A stretch of 34,438 bases of DNA from Chiloscyllium plagiosum (lineage: Eukaryota), in NCBI RefSeq assembly GCF_004010195.1, contig NC_057750.1:13102049-13136486 (forward strand). Reading direction: 5' to 3'. Under the pieces are notes generated by a model that saw nothing but the letters and a program-made list of their open reading frames with translations, made no database searches and was not told where the DNA came from. The number at the start of each line of letters is the position of its first letter. Positions within the stretch are counted from its first letter, which is position 1. A program made the translations under genes and the position numbers. This document shows, piece after piece, positions 23,790 through 33,367 of the stretch.

Positions 23790-24243
23790 GCTCTGCCTCT
23801 GCACTCGCTCTCTGTTTATCTCGGTGTTTCTCTCGCTCTCTCCTACTCTCTTGCGGTCTCCCTCTCTCTTTTATTTTGTTCGTCTCTCACTATTGTTTTT
23901 TCCCCCCTCTCTCTCTCACTTGTCTCCCACTCTCTCTCTCTCTGTCTCTCTCCCCTATGTCTTTCTCACTCTCTCTCTCGTCTTTCTCACTCTCTTGCCT
24001 CTGTCAGACTCTCTGCCCTATCTTTCCAACTCGTCTTTCCCTCTCTCTCTCTCTCCTCCCAGTCTCTCTCTCTCTTTCCCCTCTGACTTTCCCTCTCTCC
24101 TATGCCTTACTCGGTATCTCACTTCCCCGTGTGTCTTTCTCTCTCTCCCTCTTTGCTCTCTCTCTCTCCCTCTATTTCTTTCTCTCTCTCTCTCTCTCTC
24201 TCTCCCGTGTGTCTGTCTTTCCCACGATCACTCTCTCTCTCTC
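23790..24243 (+). repeat. Long imperfect (CT)n polypyrimidine tract upstream of the Meis gene
   Basis: Directly visible. Confidence 0.92.
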
Positions 24244-24623
24244 CGCCGCCGTTTCCCGGTATTGAGTAAACCCGGAACCAGCTGTGTCCTTCTGTAACTC
24301 TCTCCCGTGCACTAGGCGACCCGGCTAACCGAGAGAGGGAGAGGGAGCAGCAATCATTGACTGGCTGTTTCTGTCAGGGCGGAATAACTGTGTGTGTGTA
24401 TGTGTGTGAGAGAGTGGGTTTCCCAAACACCCCTGCATGTTAACCCTTCCAGGTAAGGCTGGTGCAGTGCTGCAATGGTGCAAGGGAGTGCTCTCCTCAC
24501 TGGGAGAGCTGTCTCAAGCCTTTCCCCACCCCGACCTCCACCTAGTTATTGTCCCTGGGCTTCACATGTACTGGGGGCTACTGGTTTTCAGACTGAGGGG
24601 TTTGAGGGACAGTGGGAGTGGGT

Positions 24624-25275
24624 CATAGAGTCATAGAGATGTACAGCACTTGACCAGACCCTTCCGTCCAACTCGTCCATGCCGACCAGATATCCAAAAT
24701 TAATCTATTTCTATTTGCCAGCACTTGGCCCAGGCTGTGGAAATGCTAAGTCCTTTCTTAGCTCATTTGAGGGGCCAGGATTCCGAAGTGAAATCCGTGT
24801 TCCTGAGATAAATGTTATTGAGATTCCTTAAAACTCATTCACGGATGAGTGCGTCGCTGGCTAGGGCCCAACATTTATTGCCTTTCCCTAATTATTGCCC
24901 TCTAAACCCTTCCTATTCATATACCCATCCAGATGCCTTTTAAATGCTGTAATTGTACCAGCCTCCACCACTTCCTCTGGCAGCTCATTCCATACACACA
25001 CCACCCTCTGGGTGAAAAAGTTGCCCCTTAGGTCTCTTTTATAACTATTCCCCTCTCACCCTAACCCTCTAGTTCTGGACTCCCCTAACCTCGGAAAAAT
25101 ATCTTGTCTATTTATCTTATCCATGGCCCTCATGATTTTATCAACCCCTCAGCCTCTGATGCTCCAGGGAAAATAGCCCCTAGCCTGTTCAACCTCTCCA
25201 ATCCTGTCACCAGCCTTGTAAATCTTTTCTGATCCTCTCGTGTTTAGCAACATCTCTCCTAGAGCAGGGAGACCA
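24624..25275 (-). mobile_element. CR1 3' portion interrupted by a 170-bp templated insertion (24731-24900)
   Basis: catagagtcatagagatgtacagca terminus. CR1 sequence gcacttggccc...tctaaacccttcctattc is split by foreign sequence. Confidence 0.85.
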
Positions 25276-25317
25276 GCTGACTACCGGCGATCCTCCTGGA
25301 TGCAAAGGTGGTGTGGA

Positions 25318-25343
25318 AGGTCAAAGGTCAGAGGTTCAGGTCA
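25318..25343 (+). promoter_or_regulatory. Cluster of nuclear-receptor half-sites (composite DR1+DR2, candidate RARE)
   Basis: AGGTCA a AGGTCA ga GGTTCA, plus an overlapping AGGTCA (25318-23, 25325-30, 25333-38, 25338-43). About 2.5 kb upstream of the Meis ATG. Confidence 0.55.
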
Positions 25344-25370
25344 GTCACTCAATAGGCAGTTTGAAACTTC

Positions 25371-25515
25371 TGGGAGAGGGTGAGGGGGTGAGGACGGCAG
25401 ATGCTGGAGATCAGAGTCCAGAAGGTCCAGTCAGGCGGCATCCGAGGAGCAGGAGAGTTGACGTTTCGAGCCCTTCCTGATGAGGGGCTGTGCTTTTTCA
25501 GCACCACACCTTTCG
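25371..25515. mobile_element. Short Penelope-like insertion with a 13-bp TSD
   Basis: AGTTTGAAACTTC occurs at 25358-25370 and 25516-25528. The interior matches the 1550-2971 family in both orientations. Confidence 0.75.
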
Positions 25516-25644
25516 AGTTTGAAACTTCACTGAGTCATGAAGCAGGCTGTGGAAATGCGAAGTCCTTTCTTAGCTCATTTGAGGGGCCAGGATTCCGAAG
25601 TGAAATCCGTGTTCCTGAGATAAATGTTATTGAGATTCCATAAA

Positions 25645-25990
25645 ACTCATTCATGGGATGAGTGCGTCGCTGGCTAGGGCCCAATATTTATTGCCTTTCC
25701 CTAATTATTGCCCAGAGGGCAGTTAAGAATCAACCACATTGCTTGTGAGTCTGGAGTCACATGTAGGCCAGACCAGGTGAGGTTGGCAGATTTCTCTCCC
25801 TAAAGGGGCATGAGTGGGTTTTCCCCAACAAATCAGCACTGAATTCATAACCATTGAACTCTTAAATTCCAGACTTTTTAAAAATTGGTTTCAAATGCCA
25901 CCATCTGCTGTAATCGGATTTGAGCTTCCATCCTGAGGACATTACCCGGGTCAGCAGCCCAGTGATAATACCCACTAGGCCATCACCTTC
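25645..25990 (-). mobile_element. SINE of the same family as 12928-13240
   Basis: cagagggcagttaagaatcaaccacattgc...ctggagtcacatgtaggccagaccagg...ccctaaagg. Confidence 0.7.
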
Positions 25991-26139
25991 CACCAACAGC
26001 CTCCAGCCGCCCCCTCCCGAGAGTTGCCTGGAAACAGGCCCATTTGGCCCTTGTGTCTGTACTGGTGTGTGTCTTTCCAATGAGCTCATCTGCCCACGTT
26101 TCAGCCCCACCCAGCTCAACATTGCCCACTTCAGGGGCT

Positions 26140-26225
26140 GATCAAGAGCTTCTGCTTGAAAAGATGGCTCTCCAGCTCCTCAGATGCTGCCTGACCGGCT
26201 GTGCTTTTCCAGCGCCACACCTTCT
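26140..26225 (+). mobile_element. Penelope-like terminal fragment
   Basis: ctcctcagatgctgcctgaccggctgtgcttttccagcgccacac. Confidence 0.6.
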
Positions 26226-26249
26226 GACCCTGCTTAATGGGCTCCCCAT

Positions 26250-26890
26250 TCTTAAACGTTCACGCCCACCACCAACGCTCAGAGCACACCCATCGCTGAG
26301 AAGCATCGAGACAACCCACAGTACCTCCCCACCCACAACCTCTGGAAGGGGCAAGGTGACAGGCACAGGGGAACAAACCCCCTTCCAAGCCACACTCCAT
26401 GCTGACATGGAGATTTATGAGTGCTCCTTCGCTCTCACTGGGTCAAAATCTTGGTACGCCCCCCTTCCCCCCTCACCTCCCCCCCGCCCCCAGACAGCAC
26501 CGGACTGTCGAGGTTCAAACAGGGCAGCTCAGTGGTTAGCACTGCTACCTCGCAGCGCCAGGGACCCAGGTTCGATTCCAGCCTCGGGCGACTGTCTGTG
26601 TGGAGTTTGCACGTTCTCCCTGGGTCTGTGTGGGTTTCCTCCCACAATCTAAAGACATGCAGGTTAAGTGAATTGGCCATGCTAACTTGCCCATACTGTT
26701 AGGTGCATCAGTTAGGGGTAAATATAGGGTAGGGGAATGGGTCTGGGTGCGTTACTCTTTGGCGGGTCAGTGTGGACTTGTTGGGCCAAATAGCCTGTTT
26801 CCACATTGGAGGGATTCTAATCAGGTAGCTCACCACCACCTTCTTGCGGACAATCAGTGGATGGGAAATAAATGCTGGTGTTCCCAGTGA
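26250..26890 (+). mobile_element. Old 3' fragment of the 880-3960 LINE family, split by an HE1 SINE
   Basis: ccctccaagccacac/cactgggtcaaaatc-like segments resemble 3720-3810. The fragment resumes at about 26823 with agctcaccaccaccttct...gggaaataaatgctgg. Confidence 0.6.
26522..26822 (+). mobile_element. HE1-type SINE
   Basis: tRNA head, V-domain and tail gggattctaatc. Confidence 0.9.
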
Positions 26891-27004
26891 GCAACCAAGT
26901 GACGAGAGTGCAAATGCAGAACGTGTTGGCTGGTGGTTATCGGTAATTGGCCACGCGATTGAGCAAGTATTTTCTGAAACAGTGAAGGCCAATTGTAGAG
27001 CTAA

Positions 27005-27150
27005 ATGGGTGGCTCAATGGTTAGCACCAGTACCTCACAGCCCCAGGGACCCAGGCTCGATTCCAGCCTCGGGCGACTGTCTGTGCGGAGTTTGCACGTT
27101 CTCCCCGTGGCTGTGTGGGTATGCTCCAGTTTCCTCCCACAGTCCAAAGA
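27005..27150 (+). mobile_element. HE1-type SINE, 5' half
   Basis: gtggctcaatggttagcacc...ctgtgcggagtttgcacgttctcccc. Confidence 0.85.
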
Positions 27151-27152
27151 GG

Positions 27153-29959
27153 TTGCAGGGTAAAAGTAGAGGCAGAAATCAAGGGGGCTGGAAAGCGCAG
27201 GTATCATCAAACCCAGTCCAGGTCTGCGGAATGGGCAGTTTGTGAAGCCTGATGGGTCGGTTTGCCTTTGTGGGGAGTTTAAACAAACGATAAACCGCTA
27301 CTTGCAGCTGGATAAATCCCCACTCCTTCACATCGAGGATTTTTACGCAAAGCCAGCAGGGAGGGCTATCCTTGACAATGCTGGACATGAGTCACGTGTT
27401 CTTCCATTTACAGTTCGATGAGGATTCCCAAAAGTATGCTATATTTAATACCATCAGGGTTTGTACCGATACACGAGACCGCCATCTGGGGTATCATCAG
27501 TCTGTACCAGATTTCAGTGGACGATGGAGAACATTTTACATGGTCTAGCCCAAGGTGCCATTTATCTAGATGATGTGCTAACAACAGGGAAGACCAATAA
27601 AAAAAAAACACTTGGGGAGCTTTAACATAGTCCTGAGAGTTTTCTCCAAGCTGGGCGTACACCTGAGAAGAGAAAAATGTGTCCCAGTCGCCCAGAGTGA
27701 CGTACTTGGGCTACAGAGTCAGCAAGATGAGGTTTCACCTGTTGGAAGATAAAGTGAAGGCAATCAAAGGTGCCCTGGCTCCCATGTCCGTACTGGAGCA
27801 TAGGCCTTTCCTTGGGTTGGTGAATTATTGGGGAAAGTTCATGCATAACCCGGCCTCCATCCTGGCACCCTTTGCGTCAACTCCTAAAAAAAGGGTCAGC
27901 CTTGGAAATGGTCGCATAGTCAAGCCAGAGCTTTCAGAGAAGGGAAGAGACAGCTATCATTCTCAACGCTGTTGTCACACCATGGTCCCAAGCGAGATCA
28001 GGTATTGACATGTGATGTTTTCTCGTACTGCACAAGGTGGTATTAGCTCATAGGTGGCCCAATGGAGAGGAATGCCCGATAGAGTATGGTTCCAGGACTT
28101 TGGCTGACGCAGAGTGTAATTACACCGAGATGGTGAAGGAAGGACTGGCAGTCATAGTTGAAGTCTGGATGTTTCACCAATACCTTTACAGACATAAATT
28201 TGTAATAATAACGACCACAAACCCCTGCTAGGTCTGCTTAAACAGGACAAGGCAGTACTGCCTATAGCTTCAAATTCAGCGGTGGGCTCTAATACTATGT
28301 CCATATAATTACAAATTGGAACATTCTGGGTGTAGGTTTGCTCGCTGAGCTGGAAGGTTCATTTTCAGACGTTTCGTCACCATCCTAGGTAACATCTTCA
28401 GTGGGCCTCTGAATGAAACTTCGCCCAGAGGCCCACTGAAGATGTTACTTAGTATGGTGACGAAACATCTGAAAGCAAACCTTCCAGCTCAGCGAGCAAA
28501 CCTACAACTAGAACCTCAACCTGAGCTACAAATCTTCTCAAAACTCGCCAAATTGCAACATTGTCCAGGAGGCTAAGTAGCAAAGTGGATGTATTGAGCT
28601 GCCTTCTCTCAGGCAGATACACCATGGGTGGTACTGCCATGCTCTCAGGCACAGCTGATAATCTCAGAGTTTGGACGCCGAGAGATCTGGTCCTGGCAAC
28701 ACTGAAGCAGCTGGTGGCGATGGGGGAAACCAAAGGGCCGTCATCACCAGAATGGAGACATTTTCGGACCCAGACAGGCCAGATCAGAGGGGAGGATGGC
28801 ACTGTATTATGTGGAGCAGGAGTGATTGTCCTGAGCAAAGGTCGCTGCCAGATACTGGCCGAACTCCACCGGGGTCATCCAGGGTTTCCAAAATGGAGAT
28901 GTTGGTGAGGCTTTACGTCTGATGGTCAGGATTGGATGCTGACTCAGCCTTTGTTGGTGAGGCAGTGCCCAGAGTGCCAAAAAGGACAAAAATTACCATC
29001 AGCAGCTCCCTGGGAATGGCTGGGTACACCCTGGACTCGGTTACACATCGACTGTGCAGGTCCTTTCATGGGCTCAGCGTTCTTAGTCATTGTGGACGTC
29101 CACTCAAAATGGCTGGTCGTGCATTTGTTAAACACAAGGACGTCGATAGTAAAGCTGCACACATCTTTTTGCAATACACGGACTTCCGGAAGTCACGTGT
29201 AAGGACAGCTCCATACCATCCGTGATCCAATGGCCTGGCAGAAAGAGCAGGCCAAACTTTGAAGGCAGATTAAAGAAACAGCCAATGGCTACACTTGAAC
29301 CAAACTGTTCCTGTTCTCATCTGATTGGAGGAGCATGCAACTGCAGGAATAGCTCCAGCAGAGTTGCTAATGGGGAGAGAATTCTTCACCGGGTTAAATC
29401 TGGTATTCCCGTAGTTGGGGGAAACGGCATCAGGAACGCTGATGTTGGACGCAAGACTCTGTTCAGCGAGAGAGACAGGTTTACTTCAGGGGTGGAGGAA
29501 TCAGGGGAATGGTCCTACATGGGTATGAGTTGTGGTCAATGAGGGGTCAGGTCCGGTGGTATATAAAGTGGGGGTAGGTGCTATTGCTCTGAGCAAGCAC
29601 CTGGCCTATTTGAAAGCTGCAAACCCACAAATGATGCGGGAAGCAAAACCAGCCAGGCCCCTCGACTGCCGTTCCCAATGTTCTCGATGGGTTTGCCCTC
29701 TCCATCAGGCTCGGAGATACCTCGGGATCTGAGGTGCTCCGTGCCGGATGTCGCCACCTCAATGCCTTCGCCGTCTGAAGAGGAGGATAAATTTCATCCG
29801 AGATGCTCCGGGCGCAAGCAGAGAGCTACAGGGCGTCACACGCCGCCTGTACGCCCGGGGCAGAGTTGGAGAAACCTGACCCGGTGCTAACACGCCCCAG
29901 GAGGAGATACAAAACACAGAGAGAAAAAACAAACAGCTTATGTCCTTGGAGTCAGAGAA
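27153..29959 (+). mobile_element. Decayed Ty3/Gypsy LTR retrotransposon pol region (RT-RNaseH-integrase)
   Basis: RT: KPDGSVCLCGEFKQTIN, atttatctagatgatgtg = IYLDDV, VTYLGY, FLGLVNYWGKF. RNaseH: ECPIEYGSRTLADAECNY. Integrase: ELHRGHPG...VRQCPECQ, PWTRLHIDCAGPF, FLVIVDVHSKW, TAPYHP.SNGLAERA. Many frameshifts and stops. The domain order is Gypsy-type. Confidence 0.93.
28326..28548. mobile_element. Palindromic Penelope-like mini-element nested in the Gypsy element
   Basis: 28331-28411 is the reverse complement of about 28426-28506. TSD CAAATTGGAACATT (28312-25) / CAAATTGCAACATT (28549-62). Removing it restores YNYKLEHCPG. A hammerhead motif is present in each arm. Confidence 0.85.
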
Positions 29960-30057
29960 TGTAGTGATTGTAGTGAGGTCAGCCAGGAAGACATCAGAGA
30001 ATATGCGTTACCAGGATGTTATCCATGTCCAATCAGGGAGCTGACAGTTATAAACAG
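29960..30057 (+). mobile_element. Probable truncated 3' LTR of the Gypsy element
   Basis: TGTAGTGATTG follows a purine-rich stretch downstream of integrase. Contains CCAAT and TATAAA, then is cut off. Confidence 0.55.
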
Positions 30058-30430
30058 GTGCCCCTGGAGAAGGAACACGCTGTGTTCACCAATACCCTCA
30101 AGATTTTCAGGGAGAGGTGGGCACCGCAGGGAGTGGACTGCATTATTTCCCCCTCCAACTCTATTTTAATTTAGTCCCTGCCCTCCCCTTCACTGTTTGA
30201 TCACACAGCATTGCCCTTTGATGTGAAGGGCACTGCTTGTCACTGGCCACTCGGGTGTTTCCTTTCTTCCTGGTGGTGGAAACTGAATAAAGATTCGTAC
30301 ACCTTGTGTCTCACACTGTGTCTCACACCTGCACACACACAACATAGGGGCTGGGGAAAAGATAAGCACTACCGCACTTAGGTGGTAATGTGGGGGGAAA
30401 GAAAAATAAAAAAAAACAAAAGATACCAAA
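30058..30430 (+). mobile_element. 5'-truncated Tx1/L1-clade-like non-LTR retrotransposon 3' end
   Basis: Frame 30058-30174 reads VPLEKEHAVFTNTLKIFRERWAPQGVDCIISPSNSILI*, resembling Tx1 ORF2 C-termini (F.ERWA..G..C). Followed by a 3'UTR with AATAAA and an A-rich tail. Confidence 0.6.
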
Positions 30431-31335
30431 ACCCTGACCCTATCCCTAACCAAACCCTAACCCTAACCCAATCCCNNNNNNNNNNNNNNNNNNNNNNNNN
30501 NNNNNNNNNNNNNNNNNNNNNNNNNNNNNNNNNNNNNNNNNNNNNNNNNNNNNNNNNNNNNNNNNNNNNNNNNNNNNNNNNNNNNNNNNNNNNNNNNNNN
30601 NNNNNNNNNNNNNNNNNNNNNNNNNNNNNNNNNNNNNNNNNNNNNNNNNNNNNNNNNNNNNNNNNNNNNNNNNNNNNNNNNNNNNNNNNNNNNNNNNNNN
30701 NNNNNNNNNNNNNNNNNNNNNNNNNNNNNNNNNNNNNNNNNNNNNNNNNNNNNNNNNNNNNNNNNNNNNNNNNNNNNNNNNNNNNNNNNNNNNNNNNNNN
30801 NNNNNNNNNNNNNNNNNNNNNNNNNNNNNNNNNNNNNNNNNNNNNNNNNNNNNNNNNNNNNNNNNNNNNNNNNNNNNNNNNNNNNNNNNNNNNNNNNNNN
30901 NNNNNNNNNNNNNNNNNNNNNNNNNNNNNNNNNNNNNNNNNNNNNNNNNNNNNNNNNNNNNNNNNNNNNNNNNNNNNNNNNNNNNNNNNNNNNNNNNNNN
31001 NNNNNNNNNNNNNNNNNNNNNNNNNNNNNNNNNNNNNNNNNNNNNNNNNNNNNNNNNNNNNNNNNNNNNNNNNNNNNNNNNNNNNNNNNNNNNNNNNNNN
31101 NNNNNNNNNNNNNNNNNNNNNNNNNNNNNNNNNNNNNNNNNNNNNNNNNNNNNNNNNNNNNNNNNNNNNNNNNNNNNNNNNNNNNNNNNNNNNNNNNNNN
31201 NNNNNNNNNNNNNNNNNNNNNNNNNNNNNNNNNNNNNNNNNNNNNNNNNNNNNNNNNNNNNNNNNNNNNNNNNNNNNNNNNNNNNNNNNNNNNNNNNNNN
31301 NNNNNNNNNNNNNNNNNNNNNNNNNNNNNNNNNNN

Positions 31336-31445
31336 ACCACACCTGCCCACACACAAGATGGGGGCTGGGGAAAAGATAAGCACTACCGCAGTTAGATGGT
31401 AATGTGGGGGGAAAGAAAAATAAAAAAAAACAAAAGATACCAAAA
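31336..31445 (+). mobile_element. Second copy of the Tx1-like 3' terminus after the gap
   Basis: Near-identical to about 30325-30430 with a few substitutions. Confidence 0.6.
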
Positions 31446-31760
31446 CCCTGACCCTATCCCTAACCAAACCCTAACCCTAACCCAATCCCTAACCCAAACC
31501 CTCTCCCTAAAACTAACCCAAACCCTATCCCTAAAAATAACACAACCCCTAACTTTACCCTGAACACTACCCTAACCCTAACCCAATCCCTAACTCTTAC
31601 CCTCTCCCTAAAACTAACGCAGACCTTAACCCTATCCCAAACACTAATCCTAACATTATCTGTAATCCTAACCCTATCCCTTTCCTTATCTCTAAACGTA
31701 ACCCTATTTCTGAACTTATTCCGAACTCTAACTGTAATCACTAACCTTAATCCTAACCCC
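31446..31760 (+). repeat. Degenerate telomere-like (CCCTAA)n tract; its start is also present at 30431-30475
   Basis: 6-nt periodicity: ccctaa, ccctat, cccaat, acctaa variants. Confidence 0.85.
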
Positions 31761-31993
31761 ATCATTCTCCCACTGACGAATGCACCTAGCACTATGGGCA
31801 ATTCCACATGGCCAATTCACCCTGACCTGCACATCTTTGGACTGTGGGAGGAAACCGGAGCACCCGGAGGAAACTCACGCAGATACAGGGAGGATGTGTA
31901 AACTCCACACAGACAGTCGCCCGAGGCTGGAATCGAACCGGGGACCTGGTGCTGTGAGGCAGCAGGGCTAACCACTAAGCCACCATGCCGCCC
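31761..31993 (-). mobile_element. HE1-type SINE
   Basis: Reverse complement of the head (gggcggcatggtggcttagtggttagcc) and V-domain. Confidence 0.9.
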
Positions 31994-32014
31994 TTTTATG
32001 TGAAGCACATAGCA

Positions 32015-32755
32015 TCAGCATGCATGGTGAGGTTGTATCGGACATTGGCGAGGCCTCTTCTGCAGGAACCTCGATTATCCGAAGGACACGGGCGCGGAGT
32101 ATTTCATTCGGTTAACCAAATACTGGATAATAGATGCCATAGTTAGCCACACACTGGGACCTTGCGATGTTGTTTGGATGATCTGAAGTTCAGTTAACCG
32201 GATGCTGGATAATCAAGGTTCCCCTGTACTATGTGCAGCCCTAGTTGTCCTGTTATAGGAAGGTTATTATTCAACCGGAGAGGGGTCAGAAAATATTTAA
32301 CAGGTCATTGCCGGGAATGGAGGGCTTGAGATTTAAAATTAGACCGGATAGACTGGGATGTCTTTCACTGGAACGCAGGAGGCTGAGGGGTGACCGTATT
32401 GAGTTTTATAAAATCATGAGGGGCGTGGACATGGTGAACTACAAGGGTGTTCCCCTATGGTAGAGTAATTCAAACCTAGGGGCTATAATTCTGAGGTGAA
32501 AGGGGAAGGATTTAAAAAGGACATGAAGGGCCAACTTTTTTTTGGACAGAGGGGTATGTATGTGTGTGTGTGAATGAACTGGCAGAGAAAGTGTGGATGG
32601 GGTACAGTTATACCATTTAAGACATTTAGGTAAGTACATGAGGAGGAAAGGTTTGGAGGGTTATGGCTCAGGGGCAGGCAAGTGGGACTAGTTTGGCTTG
32701 CGATTACAGTCAGCATGGACTGGTTGGGCCGAAGGGTCTGTTTCCGCGCCGTTTG
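32015..32755 (+). mobile_element. CR1 LINE 3' portion
   Basis: LPGMEGL...DRLG.LSLERRRLRGDRIEFYKIMRG, with tail ttgggccgaagggtctgtttcc. Confidence 0.88.
32063..32226. mobile_element. Tc1/mariner (pogo/Tigger-like) MITE nested in the CR1
   Basis: TIRs CAGGAACCTCGATTATCCG / CTGGATAATCAAGGTTCCCCTG, with TA on the right flank and internal ggttaacc/ggataat subrepeats. Confidence 0.75.
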
Positions 32756-32849
32756 ATGAACTGGAACGTTGGCCCTTATCACAAGGATGATGGAGCACAA
32801 AAGCAAGAGAAGTCTTTCTGCAACGGTAAACAAGATGGTGAGACAACCC

Positions 32850-33228
32850 TTTGAGAACTGTGTACACTTTTGATCTCCTTGCTTACGCAGTGGAGTGGGG
32901 TGGGGGGTTGGAAAGGGTGAAAAGACTCACATCAGATATGGTTCAAAGGGGATTAATTTGGCGGTTTCCTGGGATACAGGGGTTTGTCTTCTGAGGACGG
33001 GTTAACAGGTTGGGCCAATAGTCCTGGGCCTGTGGAGGGGTGTCAGAGGTGGCCATTTTGAAGCATGTACAATTCATAGCGGGGGGGGGAGTTAAGGGGG
33101 AGAGACAGAGGACATTAATTCTTGGATGGCAAATCCATTAACAGAAGGTATAGTTCCAGAAGAAATAATCGCCCTTTTCAGACATTTCTTTGAGATGGTC
33201 ATTGGCTGTTGAATATATTCAAGGCTGG
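32850..33228 (+). mobile_element. Highly decayed CR1 fragment
   Basis: gagaactgtgtacacttttgatctcc, gggtttgtcttctgaggacgggtta, gaatatattcaaggctg resemble CR1 ORF2 3' sequence. Confidence 0.5.
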
Positions 33229-33367
33229 GTTTTGTGCTCCATCATCCTTGTGATAAGGGCCAAAGTTCCAGTTAATCAAATGGTGCGGAAACAGACCCTT
33301 CAGCCCAACCAGTCCATGCTAACTGCAATCGCAAACCAAACTAGTTCCAGAGTGGGGAGGTTGGACA

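Noticed and set aside
27153..29959. Domesticated Gypsy-derived gene
   Set aside because: Multiple frameshifts, stops, deletions and a nested insertion indicate neutral decay.
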